A stretch of 63,875 nt of DNA, the filler included, from Trichomonas gallinae (taxonomy: Eukaryota), in NCBI GenBank assembly GCA_008369845.1. It is 9 parts of 9 records of this genome, joined end to end, with 100 filler letters (N's around TTAATTAATTAA, not from the genome) between each part and the next. Parts side by side here need not be neighbours in the genome. Positions count along the whole stretch, not along the records: positions 11,964 to 35,138 come from MRSU01000175.1; positions 35,239 to 44,081 come from MRSU01000176.1; 7 more parts are not named here. One strand, written 5' to 3'. The position numbers and the translations under genes were made by a program. The stretch's first letter is position 1. Each line of letters begins with the position of its first letter. Of the stretch, positions 30,101-40,243 are shown piece after piece. The notes beneath the pieces were generated by a model. That model saw only the letters and a list, made by a program, of their open reading frames with translations. It ran no database searches and was not told where the DNA came from.

Positions 30101-33100
30101 TGAGCAGCAAGAAGATTGCTGATGATTGGAGCCTGGTTCTCTGTGATTCTGCCTTCCTTGATAGCCTTTTCGACTTCCTTCTCGATTTCAGCCTTGCGAG
30201 CCTTTGGATCCTTCTTTGTGTCGTGGTTGGCAAGCATCTCGACAATGTAGTCGTGCTGATCCTCATCGAGTCCAAGTGCATCTGTAAGGTTGTGAGAGTT
30301 CTCAACAACTGGGATAGCTGTGATGGCAGCAGAGTGCTGTTCAGCGAGGATATCACCGGCAGCCTGGGCTGTGGCGTTGTAGATGTTGTCGGCTTCTGGC
30401 TGATCGAGTGCCTCCAATGTCTTCTCACGGAGCTTGGAGTTCTCGAGAGCATTGAGTGCAGAGCCAGCAACTTCATCCTGGAAGTCTGTTGTGTGGGCCT
30501 TCTTGACACGTTCGCCAACGAATGCGTTCTGCTCTGGTGTCAACTCTTCGTTTGGTGCATATGTCTTAACGACATTTGGTGCAGCACGCTCACCAACCTG
30601 GGCAGCTGTAGAGATATCTTCACCACCGAGTGTTGATGGGATTAACTGTGGATCAAGGTGCTGCTTCTGGAGATCCTTCATGACATCCTTGCCATGTTTG
30701 TGCTGCTTGGCCTTCTTGACTTTCTCCTTGTCGGCTTCAGAGATAGCATGGTCTGGAATCTCACGAGTAATGACTGGCTGAGTAGACTGCTTGAGTGGCT
30801 TGTCTGCTGTAGCAGCCTTGGACTTCTTCTGCTTCTTCTTCTTGTCCGCGTTGTCTTCGTGGACCCTGTGGCGCTTGTCCTTCGGGATCTTCTTGTCATT
30901 GAAGTCGACTTCGGCGTTGACTGCAACACGGCATTGTTCCTTGGCGAGCTCCTTAGCAAGATCTTCCATGATGTCTTCGACCTGGCCTTGCTTGTCCTCT
31001 GGGATGGATCTCTCGATTGCTGGCTGAGAGTTGTTCAAGATGATCTCCTTGTTGATTGGTGCAAGGGCATCGACAACCTTCTCTTCAAGCTTCTCGAGTT
31101 CCTTGATCTTGTCTTCGACGAGCTGCTTCTTCTTATCGTCCTTGAGGAGCTTCTTGGCATCCTCAGACTCTGTATCATGGTCAGCGATGAGCTTGCGGAC
31201 TGCAGCGTACTCTTCTGGCTTGAATCCAGCCTTAGCGAGTTCGGCATCGGAGACTCCGTTGTTGACATAGTCGGAAGCATCGTTGATTGCATCCTGAGCA
31301 GCGAGGAGATCCTTGAGGACCTTGCCCTGCTCCTTTGTGACCTTGCCATCCTTGACAGCCTGCTTGACTTCTCTGTCGATCTTCTTCTTGCGCTGCTTGG
31401 CGTCCTTGTCTGTCTGGTGCTTGTTGAGGATATCAACGACAGCATCGTGCTGGTCTTCATCGAATCCTAATGAGGATGTGATGAATTCGCTGTTTTCAAC
31501 TGGTGAAACGCCTGTGACTGCAGCAGAGTGCTGTTCAGCGATAACGTCGGCAACAGCGCTAGCAGCTGCGTGGACAACAGCATCGGCCTCCTTCTTGTCG
31601 AACTTCTCCTTAGCCTTCTCACGGATCTCGGAGTTGTCGAGAACGTCGAGTGTTGATCCAGCGACTTCATTCTGGAAGTCTGGTGAGTTAGCGTTCTTGG
31701 CGCGTTCCTGGATGAAGTCGTTCTGCTTCTTGTCAAGTTCCTTGGATGGAGTGTAGGTGAGAGCAAGGACTGGTGTCTGCTTCTCTGCAATAGTTGTTGC
31801 TTCAGAGATGTTCTGGCCATCAAGAGAAGCTGGGATCTTGTGTGGGTTGATGTTCTCCTTCTTGAGCTCCTCGATGACATCCTTGCCGTGCTTGTCTTCC
31901 TTGACCTTCTTAACCTTCTCCTTGTCTGCACGAGCCATGGCTGTGTCTGGGATTTCACGTGTGAAGAGCACCTCATCTTCATCGTCGCTAGATGTTGTGG
32001 ATGTAGAAGATGTTGAAGACTTCTTCTTGTCCTTCTTATCATGGTGTTTGCGGTGCTTCTTAGCCTTGTCTGTCTCCTTGTTGTCAGCAGCGATTTCGGA
32101 GCGGGCTTCCTTATCAATACCCTTGGCAGAAAGTTCGGCATCAGCCTGTGTATGAAGGCGTGTCATCTCCTGAGCAAGCTCCTTGGCAACTTCTTCCATG
32201 ATAGCATCGACTTCCTCCTCCTTCTCATCTGGGACAACATCATCACGGACATACTGTGTCTCGTTCTTGATGATCTCCTTGTTGACTGGTGTGAGGGCTT
32301 CAATAACCTTATCTTCAAGCTTCTGAAGCTCCTTGATCTTGTCCTCAACGAACTTCTTCTGCTTGTCGTCCTTGATGTGCTGCTTAGCTTCCTCACTATC
32401 GAGATCTTGTTGAGCAATGATTGTTCTGATGTCGTTGAACTCAGATGGTGAGAATCCAGCCTTAGCAAGATCCTCATCTGTAACCTGTTCGAAGATGAAG
32501 TTGTTGCAGTCTGTCTGGGCATCTGCAGCGTTGAGAAGGTTAACAAGCTGTTCAGCCTGCTTCTTTGTGATCTTGCCATCCTTGACGGCTTGTTCGGCTG
32601 TCTTCTCGTTTTCAGCCTGGCGCTTGGACTTGTCTGGGTTGGCTTGGTGGGAGTTGACAAGATTGACGACGAAGTCGTACTGATCTTCATCGAATCCTAG
32701 GGCCTGAGCGAATTCTTGGCCGCCTTCGATTGGTGTTGAGCCAGTGACTGCGGCAGAGTGTTGCTGTGTGATGATGTCACCAGCGACTTCGCCGATGACG
32801 TTGCAGAGTTCTTGAGCATCCTCCTTTGGAAGTGCCTTCTCTGTCTTCTCGCGAAGCTTGGAGTTCTCGAGGACATCGAGTGTGGATCCAGCAACATCAT
32901 CCTTGAATTCTGGAGAATGAGCATAATTGATGCGATCCTCCATGAACTTGTTCTGCTGATCGTCAAGTTCTTCGTGTGGCTTGTATGTCATAGCGACACT
33001 TGGTGTAGCGCGTTCGCCGACCTGTGCAGCTGTGGAGATGTCCTGGCCGCCCAATGAGTCTGGGATAGCATATGGATCGATGTGATCCTTGCGGAGCTGC

Positions 33101-35138
33101 TCAATAGCTTCCTTGCCACCAAGGTTCTTGGCCTTCTTGACCTTCATCTTGTCGGATGTGGAGATGGCATTGTCTGGAACCTCCTTTGTCTTGACTTCGT
33201 CAACCTTGACTGGCTTGCGATGCTTGCGGTGCTTCTTCTTGTCCTTGTTCTCATCGAATGCCTTCTTCCTGTCATCCTTGGAGATCTTCTTATCGTTGAA
33301 GTCGATATCGGCGTTGATAGCAACGCGGCACTGCTCCTTGGCGAGTTCCTTGGCAACATCTTCGATGATGTCTTCGACCTGGCCGTGCTTGTCTTCTGGG
33401 ATGTTCCTGGCGATTGTGTCATCTGTCTTGTTCATGATGATCTCCTTGTTAATTGGTGTAAGGGCCTCGACAACCTTCTCTTCGAGCTTCTCGAGTTCCT
33501 GAGCCTTGCCTTCAACGAACTTCTTCTTCTTGTCGTCTGTGAGTTGTTTCTTGGACTGCTCAGCTTCAGCATCGAAGTCAGCAATGATCTTGCGAACTTC
33601 AGCGAAGTCTTCTGGCTTGAATCCAGCCTTAGCAAGTTCAGCATCAGAAACTTCTGTGTTGACATACTTGTTAGCATCGTTCTGGGCATCCTGAGCATCA
33701 AGGAGCTCCTTAAGGATCTTGGCCTGCTTCTTTGTGATCTTACCATCCTTAACAGCCTTATCAGCGATCTGCTCGTTCTCCTTATCACGCTTTGACTTGT
33801 CTGGGTTAGTCTGGTGCTTGGAAAGGAGATCGACGATGAAGTCGTGCTGTTCGTCATCGAATCCAAGAGCAGATGTCATCTCATGGCTGTTCTCGATTGG
33901 TGAGACGCCTGTGACTGCAGCGGAGTGCTGTTCAGCGATGATGTCGCCTGCAGCTGCGGCGGCAGCGTGGCAGATAACATCAGCCTGCTCCTTCTCGAAG
34001 TTGTCGTTAGCCTGTTCGCGGATGTTGGAGTTCTCGAGAACTTCGAGTGTTGAACCAGCAACATCGTTAGCGAAGTCTGGAGAGTTAGCTTTCTGAACGC
34101 GCTCTTCGACGAACTTGTTCTGATCTGGCTTGAGTGAGCTGACTGGCTTGTATGTCTCTGAGACTATTGGCTCGTTCCTTTCGGCAGCCTTTGTAGCCTC
34201 AGCGATGTTCTGGCCTCCAAGGGAAGCTGGGATAGCCTTTGTGTCAACGTTCTGTGCCTTGAGCTCTTCGATGAGTTCCTTGCCGGACTTCTCCTCTTTG
34301 GCCTTCTTGACCTTGTTCTTCTCAGAAACTGGCATAGCAGAGTCTGGGATTTCGTAGGCAACCTTGTTTTCATCATCAGAATCGGATGAAGATGAGGATG
34401 AAGAAGAGCCGTGCTTCTTGTGGTGCTTGCGATGTTTCTTGTGCTTCTTGTTGAGCTTGTCGTTGTCCTTGTTCTTGTCAGCGACTTCGCCGCGGACCTT
34501 GGCTGGGATGTTCTGGGAGCGGAAGTCAACATCAGCATCTGCAGCAATGCGGACTTGTTCCTTGGAAACTTCCTTAGCAAGGTCTTCGATGATGCCATCG
34601 ACTTCGCCTACCTTGTCTTGTGGAATCTCCTCATTGATGGCGTTGTGAGCCTTGTTCTTGATGATAGCCTTGTTGATTGGTGTGAGGGCTTCAACGACCT
34701 TCTCTTCAAGCTTCTCAAGCTCTTTGACCTTGTCATCGACGAACTTCTTCTGCTTGGCATCCTTGATGTGCTCCTTGGCCTCTGGGCTCTCTGTGTCGTG
34801 GTTAGCGATCAACTTGCGGACCTCGTTGTTCTCTTCTGGCTTGAAGCCTGCCTTAGCGAGTTCTGCATCTGTGACACCGTTTGTGCAGAAGTCGTTGACA
34901 TCCTGTTGGGCATCAGCAGCATCGAGCATGGCTTGAAGGAGCTTACCCTGCTTCTTGGTGATCTTGCCATCCTTGACAACATCGCCAGCTGTCTTCTCGT
35001 TCTCTGGCTTGCGCTTGGACTTATCCTTGTTAGGAACGTGTTTGTTAATGATATCGGTGATGAGTTCGTGCTGATCATCATCGAACCCAAGAGCAGCTGT
35101 GATCTCGCGGCCAGCCTCGGCGTTGGTGCCTGTGACGG
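18154..35138 (-). CDS. Giant repeat protein (>5,600 aa, N-terminus lost in gap): >=11.5 tandem ~400-aa repeats, helical region, I/LWEQ(THATCH)-like C-terminus
   Basis: The frame stays open upstream of the ATG at 34929 to the gap edge (VTGTNAEAGREITAALGFDDDQHE...KLLQAMLD). Strong C-ending/AAG/GAG codon bias as in highly expressed genes. C-terminal LLERLNAEARVVEARRKLEAAKNALNSFKT. Confidence 0.92.
21090..35138 (-). repeat. Coding tandem repeat, ~1.1-1.45 kb period (mostly ~1.2 kb / ~400 aa), 11 complete units plus one partial
   Basis: The landmark motif (D/E)(V/I)AGSTL...LENS recurs near 34050, 32880, 31655, 30460, 29270, 28070, 26850, 25675, 24470, 23360 and 21915. Each unit also carries EQHSAAVTG, LGFDxxQHD, DGKITxxQ, ELAKAGFKPEE and ELAKEQ. 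Confidence 0.95.
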
Positions 35139-35238
35139 NNNNNNNNNNNNNNNNNNNNNNNNNNNNNNNNNNNNNNNNNNNNTTAATTAATTAANNNNNN
35201 NNNNNNNNNNNNNNNNNNNNNNNNNNNNNNNNNNNNNN
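35139..35238. other. Assembly gap/linker
   Basis: N44-TTAATTAATTAA-N44. Confidence 0.97.
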
Positions 35239-35391
35239 GATGAACCATACGGTAAGAATGATGGTTCTCTTGACGGAAAGCGCTATTTCGAATGTGATAT
35301 GAAATACGGAATTTTCGTTAGAGCTGAAAAAGTTGAAGTTGGTGACTTCCCAGAGATCGATTGGGAAGCTGAACTCGAGGATGAAATGTAA
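35239..35391 (+). CDS. TBCB: Tubulin-folding cofactor B, C-terminal CAP-Gly portion (5' truncated by gap; absent from the ORF track)
   Basis: Translates [50 protein letters not shown]. This is the CAP-Gly GKNDG motif followed by the TBCB-typical VGDFPE acidic tail. Confidence 0.88.
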   Translation, partial: DEPYGKNDGSLDGKRYFECDMKYGIFVRAEKVEVGDFPEIDWEAELEDEM

Positions 35392-36451
35392 TACTAATAA
35401 ATATAATTAAAAACTATTCAGAATTTCTAAATTATTTATTGAATTTTTGCAACATCTCTTATATATCATTATGACCTTTCCATATGACATTCTGTTTGAT
35501 TCTTTTTCTCCAATTTTGAGTTTTTAGATTTCGAAAAATTTCAAAAATTTAAATTCGATTTGCAAAATATTAGAATTTAGTAGTGAAAAAACTTGATTTT
35601 AAAAAATTTAAAAAATCAAAATTCTAACATTATTGAAAAGACATCTAATGACAAACGAATAAAGCAAAATTGATGAAAATATCATTTTAATGAAAAATAT
35701 CATTAATAAAATACAAGATTGAATACAAAAACTGTGTTTATTTTATTGACAAATCCAATATTATGCATCCTCTTCCTCATATCCTTCTTTTTATAGATCT
35801 TCATCAGCTGAAACTTCCTATTCATCTCAATAGAAGAAAGTATTACTAAATATGGATAATACAGCTTCACGAGTAGTGACGTAATCGTCTTCATCGTAAT
35901 CGTATTTAAGATTAAATTGGAAAAACACTTGCATAAGGCTTAGAGATGACTTATCTCATCGGTATAAATTTATTCTCGATGAGATCATTCCATTCTTTGT
36001 TTTCTATATTTTGGCCGAGATTTTTGATAAACGTAATTAGACATTGTGTTAAGGTGAAATTTATTTATATTTGTATCTATCGAATGATTTTAAGATTTCT
36101 TCGTATAAATTAAGTTTTTCAACGAATAATCTGAGTGATTTGTCGTCTTTTGGTAGTTTAAGGGATGTTATTATGAATCTTACATTTTTGGACTTGTGAT
36201 GAGGTTTGCAACATATGTTTGAGATTTAAAAATCCCAAATTAATCCAATAATTTATGGAAATTATATGAATAAAATATGTCATGTAAAATTTCCAATATC
36301 AGAGAAAAACATCTTAAAATTTTTAGAATTTTATATATAGCTCCGAGAAATATTTCCAAATTCAATTTTAAAAAAGCAAATTAAATTTTATCGTGTAAAT
36401 AGTTATTTGAGTGAAATATGTCATGTAAAATTATTTAATTTGTCAGAATAA

Positions 36452-37459
36452 ATGAGTGCGACTGTTGTTAAAAGACTAATGTCTGAGCTCAGAAAATGCC
36501 AAAACGATCCAGATGGATTGTTCGTTGCAGGCCTGGTAGATGAATCTGACCTGTTTTTCTGGCATTTTACCATCAAGGGGCCAAAAGATACTCCATTCGA
36601 AGGTGGAATTTATCACGGCACTATTACTTTCCCGCAAAATTACCCATTGTCACCACCAGATGTTGAATTTCTCACACCAAATGGCCGATTTCAGACAAAT
36701 ACGAGACTTTGCCTATCATTTACTTCTTATCACCCAGAATCATGGAATCCGGGATGGGATGTTAGAACAGAACTGATTTCTCTTATTGCATTCTTCCCTA
36801 CAAGCCCTGATGGCGCAATTGGCGGAATCAGCACTGATTCAAAGACAAGAAGGAAACTGGCTCAATCTAGCCGAACATGGAAGTGCGACAAATGCCATCT
36901 CCATTTAGAGCCAGATCCATGGCCAGAAGAGAAGGAAGATGGTCCAAAATTAGAACAAAATCATCAAACTCATCAAGAAGAGGAAGAAAATCACGAAGAA
37001 AACACTTCAGGGCAAAATGAAGAAGAAGAAATTAAAGAAGAAGAGAAAATTTCTGAAAATCTACATGAAGAAGAAGTTAAAGAAGAAATTCACCAGAAAG
37101 AGGAAATTCAACAACAAAATGATGATGAAAATACTGTAAAATTCGAAGAATTAAATCATGAACAATATATCGAAGAAAAACCAGCAGAATCTGAACAGAC
37201 TAATCCAAATGCTCCACAATCCGATATTAATCCTAATTTACTTACTGCTGCGGAATTATATCGAGAAAAACTTTTCTCAGTTGATACGCAAATCGGTGCT
37301 ACAGACTTATTTGATCCTAAAATCCTATCACAAACATACTTACCTGACCAACCAAAAGAAGATGCTGTAAATCCAAAACCAGCTGAAAAATCACTGTCAT
37401 TTAACCCTATTAGAGACATTTTTTGCATAATTTTACTCATAATCATTTTTGCATTATGA
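36452..37459 (+). CDS. UBC6: Ubiquitin-conjugating enzyme E2, UBC6/UBE2J family, tail-anchored
   Basis: WHFTIKGP.DTPFEGGIYHG, FLTPNGRF, catalytic LCLSFTSYHPESWNP, an acidic linker and a C-terminal hydrophobic anchor IFCIILLIIIFAL. Confidence 0.92.
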   Translation: MSATVVKRLMSELRKCQNDPDGLFVAGLVDESDLFFWHFTIKGPKDTPFEGGIYHGTITFPQNYPLSPPDVEFLTPNGRFQTNTRLCLSFTSYHPESWNPGWDVRTELISLIAFFPTSPDGAIGGISTDSKTRRKLAQSSRTWKCDKCHLHLEPDPWPEEKEDGPKLEQNHQTHQEEEENHEENTSGQNEEEEIKEEEKISENLHEEEVKEEIHQKEEIQQQNDDENTVKFEELNHEQYIEEKPAESEQTNPNAPQSDINPNLLTAAELYREKLFSVDTQIGATDLFDPKILSQTYLPDQPKEDAVNPKPAEKSLSFNPIRDIFCIILLIIIFAL

Positions 37460-37796
37460 AAAACTTTTTGTTTGCTATATTATAAACAATATTTATTCTT
37501 AATATTTTGAATTGCCTATTCAAATAGATTATCATAGCCATAAAAATGATTAGTTTATATTTCTATTCCTATTTGAATCAATAATATTTATCAAATTTAA
37601 TATTTGACGATAATATTCAATTGTTTGAATGCATTAACTATATTTTCACAAGAACAAAGCTTGGAATTTAGATTTATTTAAAAAACAAAAAAATTGATTT
37701 TTTTTGTCGAAAAGATATAAAATAAAGATAGATTTGTTTGTATAAATACTAAATTGTTATAGAACTTTACTACTGTAATTATGTTTTTTGCTAATT

Positions 37797-39524
37797 TCAA
37801 TAAACGTAGTTGAATGGAATTGGACCATTCATCTCTGGGTACTCCTGTGTGTATGTAGACTCCTCGAGCCACTTTGTATTGTAGGCCTTGGATTCAGGAG
37901 ACCTGAGGTATGATGATGGGGCGAATTCAACTTCGTAGTCGGAGGACTTGAAGTTGTCGAAGAGATCCCAAGACCTTCTCCTCATGTTCTCGACGACCTG
38001 GTATGGGAGAGCGTAGAAGCCGCACTCGTTCGGGTCATTCTCGACGACTTTTCCGGCGACGGTGAAGTACCTGTCGAGGGCCCAGAATGGGAGCGTCTTG
38101 ATTCTAACCTCGTGTGGTGCGACTTTATCGCTCCATGCTATGAATGCGATGTCGTGGAGTCCGCTGTCGAGCTCGTAAACATCGACATCCTCGCTGTCAC
38201 CTTCGCGGCGCTTGAGGACGTACTGTAATGAGCTGTCGCAATAAAACTTGTCTGATGATGTGCAGTTTAGGACATCTGCGCCGTCTGTCAATCCGTGGCC
38301 GCGGACTCTGAGGATGTCCTTGGAGCACTTGTGGACGTCGTCTCTGTTCTCTGTGGCGCACTCGAGTGTAGCTGGGATCCAGTTCTCTGGTGCGCGGTGG
38401 TTCGGGCATGATGTCTGCTCGTTCTCGAGTGTACGCTCGCCGAGGAGGTACTCAACAGAGTGGCCGTCAGCGCGCCATGAGTTGTGGAGGATGAGTGTGC
38501 CCTTGGCTGGCTGGACGGATTTCTCGGATGATATTCTAGCGTTGTAGCGCCAGTTATCGTTGTAGCCGACAACGTTCATAGCGTGACCGCCAAAGTTAGT
38601 CTGGCGCTCTGCGCTGTCGATTGTAACGAATGTGCCATCCTTTGTGCGGCCCTGATACTCAAGGCGAGCGCAGTACTGCTCATCTTCTGTATCTGGGCAA
38701 CGATAAACTTTGTTAACGCACTGTGGGTGGTTCTTGTAGGCATCTTCTGAGCATTTGACGGTGAAACTGATTGTGCCGAGTGGTGTGCCGATGCCGAGAG
38801 GATGCTTCTTTTCGAAGAGGAGCTGTTTGATGGCTCTTGTGTCGTAAACTGTTGTCATACCCTTGAATGTGAAGCGGATTGGGTTGGACTTGTTAGCTTC
38901 AGCGAAGTTGTCGCACTGGAAATCTGTAACATTGCTTGGTGTTGGGACATATGGGCAGACAGTATCTGGCATAAGGGAGAGGTTGAGACCCTGGATTGCC
39001 TCCAAGAAGTATGGGAATGCTTCGACTTGGTTATCGTTGGTTGATCCCTTGAGGAATTTGCCATATCCACAGACTTTCTCTGTTGGGTGAGCTCTGCAGT
39101 AGTTACCTACTGTAGCAGCGAAAGCTTGAATTGAGAATTTAACATATTCATTTTCTTTGAGGAAGCCTTGCTTAATACCTTGCTCACGATACTGTGTTTC
39201 GAGAATGTAAAGCATAGACCAGCACCAGCATGTTCCACGGCCCCACTGGTTTGTAGCCGGATTGCGGATGTGGAGTGGGACACCGTAAGCAGCTGGAAGG
39301 GCGATATCTGGAAGATCAGCGAGAAATTGTTTTGCCTTTATATCGATGGTAGTGTTTCTTTTAGTATCATAAATAATTTTCTTTTCGACTCTAATTCCGA
39401 CGAGGTGTGTTGCGAGAATGATTGCAAATACAAGTGCATTAAGAGCAACAAGAACCTTCACACTAAGACGAGTTTTTGGTTTGACGTGGTCATTGTCAAA
39501 CTGGGATTCCATCTCAGATTCCAT
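37797..39524 (-). CDS. Papain-like (clan CA, C1-like) cysteine peptidase with N-terminal membrane anchor
   Basis: Oxyanion Gln and catalytic Cys in NQWGRGTCW, His in GGHAMNVVGY, Asn in HNSW. Hydrophobic segment VLVALNALVFAIILATHLVGI follows a short charged N-terminus. Confidence 0.85.
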   Translation of the reverse strand: MESEMESQFDNDHVKPKTRLSVKVLVALNALVFAIILATHLVGIRVEKKIIYDTKRNTTIDIKAKQFLADLPDIALPAAYGVPLHIRNPATNQWGRGTCWCWSMLYILETQYREQGIKQGFLKENEYVKFSIQAFAATVGNYCRAHPTEKVCGYGKFLKGSTNDNQVEAFPYFLEAIQGLNLSLMPDTVCPYVPTPSNVTDFQCDNFAEANKSNPIRFTFKGMTTVYDTRAIKQLLFEKKHPLGIGTPLGTISFTVKCSEDAYKNHPQCVNKVYRCPDTEDEQYCARLEYQGRTKDGTFVTIDSAERQTNFGGHAMNVVGYNDNWRYNARISSEKSVQPAKGTLILHNSWRADGHSVEYLLGERTLENEQTSCPNHRAPENWIPATLECATENRDDVHKCSKDILRVRGHGLTDGADVLNCTSSDKFYCDSSLQYVLKRREGDSEDVDVYELDSGLHDIAFIAWSDKVAPHEVRIKTLPFWALDRYFTVAGKVVENDPNECGFYALPYQVVENMRRRSWDLFDNFKSSDYEVEFAPSSYLRSPESKAYNTKWLEESTYTQEYPEMNGPIPFNYVY

Positions 39525-39568
39525 AATTTTTTTTTTCCCCTTTCATTTCCTCTGAATTTGTAACTGCA

Positions 39569-39576
39569 AAACCGCT
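39569..39576 (-). promoter_or_regulatory. Candidate Myb-type core promoter element (M3-like AGCGGTTT)
   Basis: The sense strand of the peptidase gene reads AGCGGTTT about 45 nt upstream of the ATG. This fits the trichomonad M3 consensus as I recall it (DRCSGYTD). Confidence 0.4.
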
Positions 39577-40243
39577 TTGGCCGATAGACTTTTTGACTTT
39601 ACACGTCATATTTTTATTATTTCTGATAATGTAAATTTATCATTGTCAAATTTACTAAAACTGCTTCAACCATTTTGTTTATTTCATATATGATATTACT
39701 TTGCCACAATATATAATTTTATAATCAATTTTTTAAAAAATCTCGATTATTTCATTGATAAAATATATTTTTGATTTGAAAAATGCAATTTCATGATGCT
39801 TAAATATGCTCATTAGATCAAAATAGTTTAATATATTATTATATCATATGTAGTTTTTTTTCTTTTCATTAATGATGAAGATGTTACTTTTGATTGAGCT
39901 TTTTTATCAATCAATGAAAGGTGCTTGCATTAAATTTCCTAACAAAGATTGAGTTTTGGCACTTCTACAATATGATATCTAAACATATCTAAAAATGAAA
40001 TTAAATTTAGAAAATAATTTGTTTTGGATTTTTGAGTTATTCATAATCGAATAAAATCAAGATATATAGGGTTTTGTAAAGTGTTTTACTAGGTTTTGAA
40101 GAATTAATTTCGATTTGGTCTAATTTCGATGTAGAAGCTAGAATTTTCTCTAAAAATTTATGATTTAAATCTAGTGTAGGTCATATATCAGCAACAAAGA
40201 AATAAAATTTTTAAACGTGCGCAAAAATCAAATCTTTCAAAAA

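Noticed and set aside
34809..35138. Possible frameshift near the annotated start of the giant ORF
   Set aside because: Manual translation shows the main frame is open from the gap edge to the ATG at 34929. That ATG is an internal Met, not a start or frameshift site.
21090..35138. Repeat array as an assembly duplication artifact or as the P270 immunogen
   Set aside because: Units are clearly diverged from each other with unique linkers, the period is ~1.2 kb rather than 333 bp, and no DREGRD motif was seen.
18144..35190. Dozens of long antisense and alternate-frame ORFs over the giant gene (e.g. 22395..24254, 26997..28274, 29151..30518, 25996..27021)
   Set aside because: Strong codon bias depletes stop codons in shadow frames. 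The products are Ser/Arg- or Leu/Val-rich mirror sequences, and the same shadow ORFs appear over DLD and the peptidase.
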